A DNA stretch of 63,618 nucleotides, the filler included, from Octopus bimaculoides (Eukaryota): NCBI RefSeq assembly GCF_001194135.2. It is 9 parts of 5 records of this genome, joined end to end, with 100 filler letters (N's around TTAATTAATTAA, not from the genome) between each part and the next. Parts side by side here need not be neighbours in the genome. Positions count along the whole stretch, not along the records: positions 1 to 7,045 come from NC_069007.1; positions 7,146 to 18,172 come from NC_068987.1; 7 more parts are not named here. The stretch is one strand, 5' to 3'. Made by a program: the position numbers and the translations under genes. The notes beneath the pieces are model-generated. The model did not search any database. It saw only the letters and a program-made list of their open reading frames with translations, and was not told the origin of the DNA. Numbering within the stretch: position 1 is the stretch's first letter; each line of letters opens with the position of its first letter. Of the stretch, positions 1 through 11,708 are shown in pieces.

Positions 1-61
1 GTTGGGAACCCTGCCTTTACTTTTTTTTTACGTAACCCTTCATATGTTCTTTTATCCTTTC

Positions 62-290
62 CTTGTTTCAGCTGTGGCCGTGCGGGGTTCTTTGAAGCTT
101 CTATAGTCGAACGAATCGGTACCAGTGTTTTTTTTTTTTTAGATTTTTTTAAACCTAGGTTAACCTCTCCCCTTTGATGAGCCGCTAAGTTATGGGGGCG
201 CAAACACACCAGCACCGGTTGTCAAGCGGTGGTAGGGAATAAACATAGACACAATGACACACACGCACCACCACCCACACATACACACAC
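62..290 (-). mobile_element. SINE family B, 3' half (bipartite SINE with internal microsatellite)
   Basis: Reverse complement of the block at 16160-16370 (ccgctaagtt..., aaacacaccagcaccggttgtcaagcg), running into (CA)n. Confidence 0.75.
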
Positions 291-315
291 ATCCATACAT
301 ATACATACAAATATA

Positions 316-352
316 TCTATAATAATAAACGCAAAATCCTGTGTGTCTGGGA
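316..352 (+). mobile_element. Possible 5' terminus of a non-autonomous Helitron-like element
   Basis: TCTATAATAATAAACGCAAAATCCTGTGTGTCTGGGA: TC start, with a similar block near 5990-6030 (acgcgaaattttgtctgtccgtctggga). Confidence 0.3.
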
Positions 353-464
353 TTTTTTTTAAATGTCTCTAATTTTTAATATTTATCATATGTGTATATA
401 TGTCTAATGTATGTGTATTACGCTGATTGTATCTGTTTTTTCTTTCTTTTTCTTCCTTCAGTAT

Positions 465-1280
465 TTAGTCTTTAGTCGTCATGTTATGTGGTGTGTTGCT
501 AGGTGTTATTCCATTCGTGTTTTTGTTGAATCTCGGTCTGTCTATTATCATGTGTGTAGCCTCTGTGATCTGTCTAAGTGTCATGTCACTTCTATGCGTT
601 GATAATACTTTGATCTCTATGCTATTGACTGAGCCTCTATGTTCTGCTTGAGCACGTTGGTAGAATAGTGACGAATCTTTCTCTTCTTTGAGCTCTCGCC
701 AGTGTTCACTTATACGCTCTCCTATGCTGTGTACTGTCTCTCCAATATAAGTAGCTTTCATGCTTCTGCACCATTCCTTAGTACATTGTAAGCTATACAC
801 TATATTCCTAACCTTACAGTTAACCATTGAGTTCATCCTACGTACAATACAATTGTTCTCCGTACATGGGGACCTATCGAAGGGATAAACTCTACAGATC
901 GGAGATGTTTTAGGAGCACCAGGCCTTTATCCTACTTTAATCCGTAGATTGGACTAATCTAATGTTTTTCTAAAAAGAGGTAGCATCAACGAATCCTTTT
1001 ACTGGTCCTTCTGTGCAGTTCCAGGATTTACTCCTGTATAGCGGGCAGATCCCCTTTGCACCATTCTCTACAAAGGATTTGCACTTAGCCCTGGTTCCCT
1101 TGTACACTCTAATCCTGTCTCTTTGGTTGTAGCCAGAGAACTGCAGGCGGTGGATGAAGTGTTGCATGTGTCTTTCCAATTCCATAGGATCGCACGTGTG
1201 AGAGACATTCCTCTTGACTCTCACCAAGTCAGCTGTTAGAATATTGAACTTGACATTGTCCGCCATAGCTGTGTTCTTGT
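465..1280 (-). mobile_element. Penelope-like retroelement, 5'-truncated: RT thumb plus GIY-YIG endonuclease, frameshifted
   Basis: ORF 465-836 has IVYSLQC..C..TYIGET...ERISEH (GIY-YIG with CCHH-type residues). ORF 970-1266, extended upstream, has HKNTAMADNVKFNIL...RLQFSGY, typical of a PLE RT C-terminus. Confidence 0.85.
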
Positions 1281-2051
1281 GGACACAGCCATGGCAGCAG
1301 CGGCAACGGGGTAGGGGACGAGGCTGAGAGGAGGGTCATAGTGCTACTAAGAACAATGACACACNNNNNNNNNNNNNNNNNNNNNNNNNNNNNNNNNNNN
1401 NNNNNNNNNNNNNNNNNNNNNNNNNNNNNNNNNNNNNNNNNNNNNNNNNNNNNNNNNNNNNNNNNNNNNNNNNNNNNNNNNNNNNNNNNNNNNNNNNNNN
1501 NNNNNNNNNNNNNNNNNNNNNNNNNNNNNNNNNNNNNNNNNNNNNNNNNNNNNNNNNNNNNNNNNNNNNNNNNNNNNNNNNNNNNNNNNNNNNNNNNNNN
1601 NNNNNNNNNNNNNNNNNNNNNNNNNNNNNNNNNNNNNNNNNNNNNNNNNNNNNNNNNNNNNNNNNNNNNNNNNNNNNNNNNNNNNNNNNNNNNNNNNNNN
1701 NNNNNNNNNNNNNNNNNNNNNNNNNNNNNNNNNNNNNNNNNNNNNNNNNNNNNNNNNNNNNNNNNNNNNNNNNNNNNNNNNNNNNNNNNNNNNNNNNNNN
1801 NNNNNNNNNNNNNNNNNNNNNNNNNNNNNNNNNNNNNNNNNNNNNNNNNNNNNNNNNNNNNNNNNNNNNNNNNNNNNNNNNNNNNNNNNNNNNNNNNNNN
1901 NNNNNNNNNNNNNNNNNNNNNNNNNNNNNNNNNNNNNNNNNNNNNNNNNNNNNNNNNNNNNNNNNNNNNNNNNNNNNNNNNNNNNNNNNNNNNNNNNNNN
2001 NNNNNNNNNNNNNNNNNNNNNNNNNNNNNNNNNNNNNNNNNNNNNNNNNNN

Positions 2052-2750
2052 AATATTGTTCCACCACCATGTTACCCTAGGTCTGGAAGGGACTTTGCAC
2101 CAGCCACAGATTTGGTCTGTGGCGCTCAGCAAGCTGTCTCACAGGAATTCCCAGCTGCCTTCTATGTCACAGGACTGTAGCTCCTCCTCCCTTTCATCAA
2201 ATTTCTCGGTAAGAATATCCATAAACCTCTGATCATGTGAACGATTCTTAAGCTTCCAAGTCCTTCTTTTCCAGATTGGTCTACTTTTTGGCATCCTTCT
2301 GGCCTCGCGTCTAAAGTCACTAATAACTAGGAAAATTTGCTAGGCCCGCTTGTGAGGCGTAGGCAGAGCTAATTGTAGCTATACCACTTTGCTAGACTAG
2401 CCTGAGTTTAAGTATTCTATCACACACTCTATGACTTTATCACTACCTCTATGACCTTATCTACCCATTTCTCTGCAATAAGTATGCCCACACACCCTAT
2501 TCCTTCACCATTACCTTCCCAGAAGAGTTTATACCTATGTGCTTGCCTGTGAGGACTCTGGCTGAAGCTCCTCTCCGCCTTACCTCTTGTACGCAACATA
2601 CATCAGCACGTCTCCGTTCAAGCATTTCTACAATCTCACTAGACCTCCGTTTCAATGTGCCTACATTTACAGCACCAACTCTGAAAATTGGGAAAGAGAT
2701 ATGGGAGATAACGCAGGAAGGAGAAATGTTATTCAGCATCAAAGAGAAGG
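2052..2750 (-). mobile_element. RTE-clade LINE fragment (APE endonuclease and downstream region)
   Basis: RVGAVNVGTLKRRSSEIVEMLERRRADVCCVQEVR is an RTE APE N-terminus; further 3' is ATDQICGWCKVPSRPRVTWWWNN, an RTE pre-RT motif. Broken by stops and a gap. Confidence 0.85.
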
Positions 2751-3725
2751 TTCCCGTGATCGTTTGGTAACAGGCGTCATAATAGTTGTTTATGCTTTTA
2801 ACCTACCGTCATTCAAACAAATTAGAATTGTTATGGTTGTTACCTCTACTGGGGGTGGGGTGAGAGTAAGGAAGCATTGTATATGAAAATGTCTGGGGTG
2901 TTGTAAATATGAGCGTCATGAGCATTATAAATGTAAAAAAAAACAGAAGAGAGAGGGGGTAAGTGGACTCCTATTTGGCTTAGTTATTCCAGAAATGGGG
3001 TGGCGCGGAAGAGAAAAGAAGGGGAGGCAAGATTACCAATATAAGGGGAGAGAGGGAAAGGGCAACTGGATGTCTGGTAAGAGAAAGAGATTTCCGGTAT
3101 TGGTGTTTGGGGTGGGAAAGGGTGCACGCAACCACGGACATGATAAAGTCATTTTAAGGAGTAGAGCAAACAAGAAAGAATTACTTTATGTATGTATGTA
3201 TGTATGTATGTATGTATGTATGTNNNNNNNNNNNNNNNNNNNNNNNNNNNNNNNNNNNNNNNNNNNNNNNNNNNNNNNNNNNNNNNNNNNNNNNNNNNNN
3301 NNNNNNNNNNNNNNNNNNNNNNNNNNNNNNNNNNNNNNNNNNNNNNNNNNNNNNNNNNNNNNNNNNNNNNNNNNNNNNNNNNNNNNNNNNNNNNNNNNNN
3401 NNNNNNNNNNNNNNNNNNNNNNNNNNNNNNNNNNNNNNNNNNNNNNNNNNNNNNNNNNNNNNNNNNNNNNNNNNNNNNNNNNNNNNNNNNNNNNNNNNNN
3501 NNNNNNNNNNNNNNNNNNNNNNNNNNNNNNNNNNNNNNNNNNNNNNNNNNNNNNNNNNNNNNNNNNNNNNNNNNNNNNNNNNNNNNNNNNNNNNNNNNNN
3601 NNNNNNNNNNNNNNNNNNNNNNNNNNNNNNNNNNNNNNNNNNNNNNNNNNNNNNNNNNNNNNNNNNNNNNNNNNNNNNNNNNNNNNNNNNNNNNNNNNNN
3701 NNNNNNNNNNNNNNNNNNNNNNNNN

Positions 3726-4318
3726 AATTACAGCTTGAATTCTATGAGGTATGGACTCGTATAAAGTTTGAATTGTTTCCAAAGGAATTTTTGTCCATTC
3801 TTCAGCTAAAACAGTCTCCAGTTCTTGTAGTGATGATGGTGGAGGATATCGACTCCTTACTTGTTTCTCTAAAATGCACCATAAATATTCAATAATATTG
3901 GGATCGGGGGACTGTGGTGGTCAGATAAGAGGTTCAACTTCGCTAGAATGTTCCACGTGCTATTCAGTAACAACTTTAGCTGTGTGAATTAGTGCATTAT
4001 CACGCTGTGGGTTTTAACTCCACTCTAAACGCTTTGCAACGTTTGTTTTTGAAAGTAGTAGTTTTCTGATTGCAGCCCACCCATGAAATCTGGGTTTGTG
4101 CAGCTCCTGGCGAACAGTTTTTGTGGAAACTGGGTTCTCGCGGTAGTCATTAAGCTCTGAAGTAATTTTGGGAGCTGTACTTTTGTGATCCTTTCTAACA
4201 ATTCACGTAAGAGTCCGACGGTCCCTATTTGAAAGTTTTGGTTTTCTTCCGGAATTTTTTTTCGACGAGGAGGCTTTTCCCTCTTTCTCAAAGGCTGTCA
4301 TTACTTTGGAGACAGTAC
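3726..4318 (-). mobile_element. Tc1-family transposase remnant, internally deleted
   Basis: C-terminal KIPLETIQTLYESIPHRIQAVI. A frame near 4030-4250 reads DRDRRTLTRIVRKDHKSTAPKITSELNDHRENPVSTK (Tc3-type HTH). Confidence 0.85.
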
Positions 4319-4699
4319 NNNNNNNNNNNNNNNNNNNNNNNNNNNNNNNNNNNNNNNNNNNNNNNNNNNNNNNNNNNNNNNNNNNNNNNNNNNNNNNNNN
4401 NNNNNNNNNNNNNNNNNNGAAGAAGAAGAAGAAGAAGAAGAAGAAGAAGAAGACGGGAGTGTTATGACAGTAGTAGAATGTTGGTGGAATCTTCTTAAAT
4501 GGTCAAGTGGCCTAAAAGTGAACGGTTGTAATTGTAATAGTAGTGATTGGAATTGTTCTGAATAGATTTATGGGTAGTGACTGTTCTGAATATATCGTTT
4601 TTAATATTTGCGTGGGTATTATTCTAAGGCCCTTATAGTAGTGTCATTTGTGGTGGACGTATTCAAAAGGGGTTTATATTCTGTGATAAAATACGACTC

Positions 4700-5400
4700 T
4701 TTGTTAATGCGCTGACTACAGGTTGCATCGTCTCAGAATTTATAGAGGAGAGAAAATTCTGAATTCGTTAGTGGCGCAAATGTCGATGTATTCGCTGAAT
4801 GCTATTTTTCTGTATTCCCACTGTCTTTTGCGTTGAACATTGTCATAAAAGATCCATTTTTCATCACCTGTAGTGATGTTATTGAGAAACGGGTCATTTC
4901 TCTGCTTTAAAAAAGGAGATTTGTCGCTAAGGACATGCCATTTTACCTATTCTTCTCACTAAGATTATGGGGGCCCAAACACCCAGCTTGTTGACTTTTC
5001 CTATCTTTTTCATTTGGCGGCCCATGATGGATTGGAATGTGCTGAGATCAACTGCTAATCCCCGAATACTTTTACGAGGATTGAATTCCACTAATTCTCT
5101 TAAAGCTTCTTGATCGAAGTCTGATGAGCGTCGTGGCCTGAGTTGATCTCTCAAAGACAAATCTCAGGAACAAAATTTTGAACACCAATTTCGCACTTTC
5201 CAGTCATTAATGACACCTTGGTCATAAACTTTGCATATTTTCTTAGTTGTTTCTGTGGTGTTTTCCCCATTCTTAAATTCCCACAATATCACATGTCGAA
5301 TCTTCACTTTCAGTTCATCCATTTTAGAGGAGTAAAATTTAATATTAAAATATGATATGCTCGCTCTCACTGTTTAAAAATGAATGACAGATGAGGCTAT
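4700..5400 (-). mobile_element. mariner transposase remnant
   Basis: KIRHVILWEFKNGENTTETTKKICKVY (Mos1 HTH), LRELVEFNPRKSIRGLA...KLGVWAP (WVPHEL-like) and ITTGDEKWIFYDN (first catalytic D). Frameshifted. Confidence 0.88.
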
Positions 5401-5984
5401 TTTTAAAAGGGTAGTCTCCATTTCAATTTTGAACATCTGAAGTTCGAAATGCATCGTTACAATTTACATAAAAAAATATAATTTATTACTCAACCCAATA
5501 TANNNNNNNNNNNNNNNNNNNNNNNNNNNNNNNNNNNNNNNNNNNNNNNNNNNNNNNNNNNNNNNNNNNNNNNNNNNNNNNNNNNNNNNNNNNNNNNNNN
5601 NNNNNNNNNNNNNNNNNNNNNNNNNNNNNNNNNAGTCATATATTAATTAATATCGAATAATTATCAGGAGGCCAGCACATCTAAAGAATCAAAGAAATTC
5701 AGAAATATTATCTGCAATCACAGGGGATTAAGGTACATTTTAAAAAATAACGTCGACCACTAACGTGGACAGTTAATGTGCTAGAAATAGATCACATCTT
5801 GTGTCTATTAAGACCTAAATTGTTCTCAACATGAAATATAGCAGCATACCAAAAACGTGAGCGGGCAAGACATTTAAAATCACCTAAAAAAGCATTATTA
5901 AACAGGAACTAGTTTCGGATTTAACAAATTCTTTCCATTTGTCTATTCCTCATCAGCCTGATTCGTAATGTACCGCAATATATA

Positions 5985-6420
5985 TATATATATACATTAA
6001 TAGACGCGAAATTTTGTCTGTCCGTCTGGGACCCCTGTATCTCAGTCTACATTTATTCTACATAGACATATTATTCCTTTTTGGAATTAGAACGCTTCTG
6101 GGATTGAAAATCTGCCTTTCATTTGGTTCTTGAACATCCAACATTGGGATCTAGTTTAAAACCATTTGGGTTGTTATTTCTAGCAGGTAAACCTTGGTTG
6201 ATTCGCGCCATCTTGGTTGACGTTTGTCAGAGATCAAGGGGGAGATAAACGACGTTCGCTTCGTTAATTTTACGTCGAGATAAGAATTTCGGGATAAATT
6301 GGCCAACAGTTGGAATTCAACTTGGGACTTGAACAATAGAATGGTTGCATTACAGAAGTAATTCCCGTCCGTTTTTAACCTCTGATCAAACACCACATTA
6401 CAGACGTATTATAGTCATAC
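5985..6420 (+). mobile_element. Possible non-autonomous Helitron-like repeat
   Basis: 5' end resembles 316-352; CpG-richer body containing a CGCCATCTTGG (YY1-like) motif at 6206-6216. Confidence 0.25.
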
Positions 6421-6551
6421 CATTGAGCTCTGTTTAGTTTTGGGCTGCAGGCCCAATTAGCCATCGCAGGAACTAGCCCAAAAGCCCGCACGGAGTGCAT
6501 CTTTTAAGCTAGTACATACGCTTGTGTGTATATGTGTGTGTGTGTGTGTGT

Positions 6552-6582
<31 letters not shown>

Positions 6583-6916
6583 TATATATATAGAGAGAGA
6601 GATGGGGGGAGGTAGTAATAACCATCTAAGGGATATCTGTATCCAATGAATCAACTGGTATCTTACCTGTATGTGATTATGAGTATTAGTGTTAATGCTC
6701 ATAAATGGCAGGTAAGGAAAAGAATAAACCGAATTTTATATTTAAGAAGAAATAAGAAAAACGGAGATAAAATTGATAAACATCAATTATTATTTATTGT
6801 TTATAAAAAGGAAAATATCATCTTACAGCTGTTTCTGTTTGCGCTATTTGGGGCATAATCAGGCTTAATTATTACAATAATAATGATTATCATTGTAAAT
6901 TATGTATGTGTGTGTG

Positions 6917-6954
<38 letters not shown>

Positions 6955-6963
6955 TGTGTGTGT

Positions 6964-7045
6964 GGAGGAGCGTGGCCTAGTGGTTAGGGTGTCAGCATCA
7001 TGATCGTAAGATTGTGGTTTCGATTCCTGGACCGGGCGATGCATT
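6964..7045 (+). mobile_element. tRNA-derived SINE head
   Basis: A box TGGCCTAGTGG and B box GTTTCGATTCC at tRNA spacing; no complete cloverleaf; ends at a gap. Confidence 0.75.
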
Positions 7046-7089
7046 NNNNNNNNNNNNNNNNNNNNNNNNNNNNNNNNNNNNNNNNNNNN

Positions 7090-7101
7090 TTAATTAATTA
7101 A
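7090..7101. other. Assembly linker TTAATTAATTAA between N runs (also 18217, 25054, 28436, 33945, 40671, 48842, 61210)
   Basis: Identical 12-mer with stops in all six frames, always flanked by about 45-60 Ns on each side. Confidence 0.95.
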
Positions 7102-7378
7102 NNNNNNNNNNNNNNNNNNNNNNNNNNNNNNNNNNNNNNNNNNNNGTCCTGTACCCTGATATGCATGTATATACACATGTAGATGTAAGTATGTACATAT
7201 ATGTGTGTATACATGTATATATATTCTTTGTATTATATATATATACGTATGTATATGTATATGTATGTGTGCGCGCGAGCGTCTATGTGTGTGTTTGTGT
7301 ATGTTGGCACGTGCGTGTGTGCTCGCATGTTTGTATGTCTATAAGTATCTATCTAGCTATCAATCGATCTTTCCTTCT

Positions 7379-7427
<49 letters not shown>

Positions 7428-7665
7428 ATGTGTTAAAAACCTATAATAAATGCACAAACAAACGGGTAACAGACACAGACGATCGCCAAGTCCTCATCTG
7501 TTAATGCCAATTTCGCGAATCTTCACTCGTGAGTGACTATGACTTGTTAGCTTGTATCACGCTCTCGCTAATTGTTAAATGTGCTTGTATAGTCGCTTGC
7601 AGGCATAGACATCCTCTCGACTCTTTTGGTCTTGACTCAGCGGAAGAGCTGCTATGTATTTTCAG

Positions 7666-7740
7666 CCTCGGATTACTGCAACGTGAACAAGACCACAACA
7701 CGCCGTCTTGTCCAGAAATACACCCTACGACCAGATGATT
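7666..7740 (+). CDS. Candidate 75-nt symmetric (phase 1-1) internal exon, xSDYCNVNKTTTRRLVQKYTLRPDD
   Basis: Acceptor tattttcag| and donor |GTGAGC; length divisible by 3, open frame, complex non-repeat sequence. Product not recognised. Confidence 0.4.
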
Positions 7741-8163
7741 GTGAGCCAGCACAAAGAAACACAGAGAGAACATATTTATATATAATTCAATTTGGGTGCT
7801 GTAAAGCACCAGCTTCGCTAAAAATAGAAGTCAAGTGAACCCCTAACCCACGTAGAGCTCATTTAAAACAAGCATGGTGAATGGTGGGAGGTGAATAAAA
7901 ATTTTGTGTCTTACCTCTGCGAATATCGCAATGAGTAATAGCAGATAACTTAGAAACGATTTCTGGATTTTCGCTGGGAGGTGAGGGTTGCATGTTTCGA
8001 AACGAACTACGTGAATAATTAATATATATATATATATATATTACTAATAAATAATAATACTGATGGCAATCGAAAGCATGAACCGTGCAGTCAAGTTTAT
8101 GGAAATATGGCCGCAGTCAAATGACTGAAACAAATAGCAGAATAAAAAGAATATATCTATACA

Positions 8164-8196
<33 letters not shown>

Positions 8197-8849
8197 GTGC
8201 ATACGTGTATAATATGTATACACTACCACACATACTCACACACATATATTTATATATTTGTACACATACAACAGAACAAACATACATAAGTATGTTCCTA
8301 TGTGTGTGTGTATGCTTGCATGCATATGTAGGTGTGTCGGCAAATATGTGGGTTTTGCGTTAAATACTTGTTTTACCGAAAATAGAACTACTGCGGCGAA
8401 CTTGGTATATATTTATGAATTTATTTTTCTTTCCCATAATTTTCCAAGTTATCGATCTGCGACTGTTCTTTAGAAAAAAAGAAGAAAAAAATGTAGCAAG
8501 AAAAATACTGAAAAAAAAAATATCAAATACAGGAAACTGTACGATTTATGACACTATACGGCATTGTTTGCATTATTTCTCCCACAATATATTGGTTATT
8601 GACAGATGGAACTGGTCTGTGTAATAAATTCCTGTTTTAGACCTTGCCAAACACTATGCAATTAGATACGAAAAAGTTGTGACTTATCCACGGAATAGGA
8701 CAAAAACAACATAAAGCAACATAGAAACACGAAACATACACACACACACACGTTTACACACAGCAGCCATATAAATATTTGTGTGTGTGTACATAAAAGC
8801 GTCTCTTCAGGTACACACTTTCATTGGATTATAATCAACAGTACGTTGG

Positions 8850-8985
8850 TAAATTTGGTCTCAGATTTTGACAAGAGGCCAGCAAATTCGGGGGAGAAGT
8901 AAGCCGTTTATATTCATCCCAGTACTCCACTGTTACTTATTCTATCGACCCCAAAGGGATGAAAGGCACAGTCGACCTTGGTAAT
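8850..8985 (-). mobile_element. SINE family A, 3' part
   Basis: gtcgactgtgcctttcatccctttggggtcgatag block shared with 8995-9205 and 19620-19790. Confidence 0.65.
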
Positions 8986-8994
8986 AATAATCTT

Positions 8995-9203
8995 TTCTTT
9001 TATAGGCACAAGGCTTTAAATTTGGCGGGAGGGAGCTAGTCGATTACATCGACCTCACTGATTCACTGGTACTTAATTTATCGACCCCGAAAAGCTGAAA
9101 GGCAGAATTGACTTCGGCGAAATTTGAACTGAGAACGTAACGGCAGACGAAATGCCGCTAAGCATTTCGCCCGGCGCGTTGACGATTCTGCCAGATCATC
9201 ACC

Positions 9204-9205
<2 letters not shown>
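8995..9205 (-). mobile_element. SINE family A, near full length, tRNA-like head
   Basis: Minus strand: tggcagaatcg (A-box-like)...cagttcaaattt (B-box-like)...ctgcctttcagcttttcggggtcgataaattaagtacc...ccttgtgcctataaaagaaaag, then (ATT)n. Confidence 0.75.
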
Positions 9206-9259
<54 letters not shown>

Positions 9260-9375
9260 CCTTTCTTCTATAAGTACAAGGCCTGAAATTTGGGTGAGAG
9301 AGCTAGTTGATTACATCGACCCAGTGCTCGACTGGAACTTAATTTATTGACCCCGAAAGGATGAAATGTAAAGTC

Positions 9376-9378
<3 letters not shown>
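9260..9378 (-). mobile_element. SINE family A, 3' part between (AAT)n tracts
   Basis: Same tail as 8995-9205. Confidence 0.7.
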
Positions 9379-9444
<66 letters not shown>

Positions 9445-10103
9445 ATTCTTTGATTGGCCACAAGGACTAATATAAATCAAAGCATTAAAGGGCAACATCA
9501 GACGATATACGAAGGGCTTCGCGAAAAATATCCGTGCAGACATTTGATAACAATAAAGACAATGTAACAAGTAAAAATCAGCAATTTTAGGGGCAAGTGG
9601 TTAGTCAGTAGCATCTACTTCAATATCTGAGTGGTTCATAAACATACCTANNNNNNNNNNNNNNNNNNNNNNNNNNNNNNNNNNNNNNNNNNNNNNNNNN
9701 NNNNNNNNNNNNNNNNNNNNNNNNNNNNNNNNNNNNNNNNNNNNNNNNNNNNNNNNNNNNNNNNNNNNNNNNNNNNNNNNNNNNNNNNNNNNNNNNNNNN
9801 NNNNNNNNNNNNNNNNNNNNNNNNNNNNNNNNNNNNNNNNNNNNNNNNNNNNNNNNNNNNNNNNNNNNNNNNNNNNNNNNNNNNCACACACACACACACA
9901 CACACACTTACATACATGCATATATACATACATATATAATATATATGTAAATTGTGTAAAATCTATTTGCTGATGTGCCGCAATAGCACCGCACATGTCG
10001 ATACCACCGTCCTCGATGGTCACTTACGAGACGATTCGTTTCCCCTCGTTTTATTTATTTGTCTCTCTGTCTGTCTCAATCTATCTGTCATCTACCTGCC
10101 ATT

Positions 10104-10137
<34 letters not shown>

Positions 10138-10295
10138 GATCTTTCTATCTATCTGTCTGACTGTACTGTCTGTCTGACTGTCGTTCTATACACCTATTTA
10201 TCTGCCTGTGTCCCTGTCTATTTATCTATCTACATATCTCCCTATCTAACTGTCTGTATATCTGTCCCTTTAGCTATCTGTCTGTCTTTATAATG

Positions 10296-10328
<33 letters not shown>

Positions 10329-11337
10329 TACACACATAAATGTTAAAATTATTGTTTTAAGGTAACTTAAACCGTTATTTACTGTTGAGGAAATTCAAAA
10401 GTGAAAGTAAAGTCAAACTTGTACTGGGAGCCAACAAACTAGTTAAGNNNNNNNNNNNNNNNNNNNNNNNNNNNNNNNNNNNNNNNNNNNNNNNNNNNNN
10501 NNNNNNNNNNNNNNNNNNNNNNNNNNNNNNNNNNNNNNNNNNNNNNNNNNNNNNNNNNNNNNNNNNNNNNNNNNNNNNNNNNNNNNNNNNNNNNNNNNNN
10601 NNNNNNNNNNNNNNNNNNNNNNNNNNNNNNNNNNNNNNNNNNNNNNNNNNNNNNNNNNNNNNNNNNNNNNNNNNNNNNNNNNNNNNNNNNNNNNNNNNNN
10701 NNNNNNNNNNNNNNNNNNNNNNNNNNNNNNNNNNNNNNNNNNNNNNNNNNNNNNNNNNNNNNNNNNNNNNNNNNNNNNNNNNNNNNNNNNNNNNNNNNNN
10801 NNNNNNNNNNNNNNNNNNNNNNNNNNNNNNNNNNNNNNNNNNNNNNNNNNNNNNNNNNNNNNNNNNNNNNNNNNNNNNNNNNNNNNNNNNNNNNNNNNNN
10901 NNNNNNNNNNNNNNNNNNNNNNNNNNNNNNNNNNNNNNNNNNNNNNNNNNNNNNNNNNNNNNNNNNNNNNNNNNNNNNNNNNNNNNNNNNNNNNNNNNNN
11001 NNNNNNNNNNNNNNNNNNNNNNNNNNNNNNNNNNNNNNNNNNNNNNNNNNNNNNNNNNNNNNNNNNNNNNNNNNNNNNNNNNNNNNNNNNNNNNNNNNNN
11101 NNNNNNNNNNNNNNNNNNNNNNNNNNNNNNNNNNNNNNNNNNNNNNNNNNNNNNNNNNNNNNNNNNNNNNNNNNNNNNNNNNNNNNNNNNNNNNNNNNNN
11201 NNNNNNNNNNNNNNNNNNNNNNNNNNNNNNNNNNNNNNNNNNNNNNNNNNNNNNNNNNNNNNNNNNNNNNNNNNNNNNNNNNNNNNNNNNNNNNNNNNNN
11301 NNNNNNNNNNNNNNNNNNNNNNNNNNNNNNNNNNNNN

Positions 11338-11688
11338 GGTTACTTCCCCTCGTCGGCGTTCGATAGCCACTGATCTTTGATGAGAGAGATAAAATCTTGG
11401 CAATCTTATATCTACTTTTCCAGTGAAATTCTTCACTGATATCGAAAAGGTGAAAACAAGCAACAGTAACATCCACCCCTAGGGGTCAGCCACACTTAAG
11501 TGGCAATATACAACACTTTATCGTGCAGTTACTGTTAATACTTCATTTAGAGAATTAACATTGCTTGTTTTCACCTTTTCGATATCAGTGAAGAATTTCA
11601 CTGGAAAAGTAGATATAAGATTGCCAAGATTTTATCTCTCTCTCATCAAGGATCAGTGGCTATCGAACGTCGACGAAGGGAAGTAACC
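11338..11688. repeat. Long near-perfect inverted repeat (about 126-bp arms, 97-bp spacer), PLE-terminus-like
   Basis: 11338-11463 is the reverse complement of 11561-11688 with about 3 substitutions and one 2-nt indel; the left arm is cut by a gap. Confidence 0.95.
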
Positions 11689-11708
11689 CTGAAACCAGGG
11701 TCCGTTCG
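11664..11708 (+). ncRNA. Minimal type-I hammerhead ribozyme motif (PLE type), variant core
   Basis: Stem I CGAACG/CGTTCG; core TCGACGA; stem II AGGG-aagtaa-CCCT; GAAA; stem III ACC-ag-GGT; GUC cleavage triplet ending at 11702. Confidence 0.7.

Noticed and set aside
6964-7045. tRNA genes at the A/B-box motifs (also 17290-17345 and 29204-29280)
   Set aside because: No acceptor stem or cloverleaf; they continue into repeat bodies, so they are SINE heads.
7090-7101. Recurrent TTAATTAATTAA motif (8 copies) as a biological repeat or CRISPR-like array
   Set aside because: Always embedded between N runs and encodes stops in six frames: an artificial contig linker.
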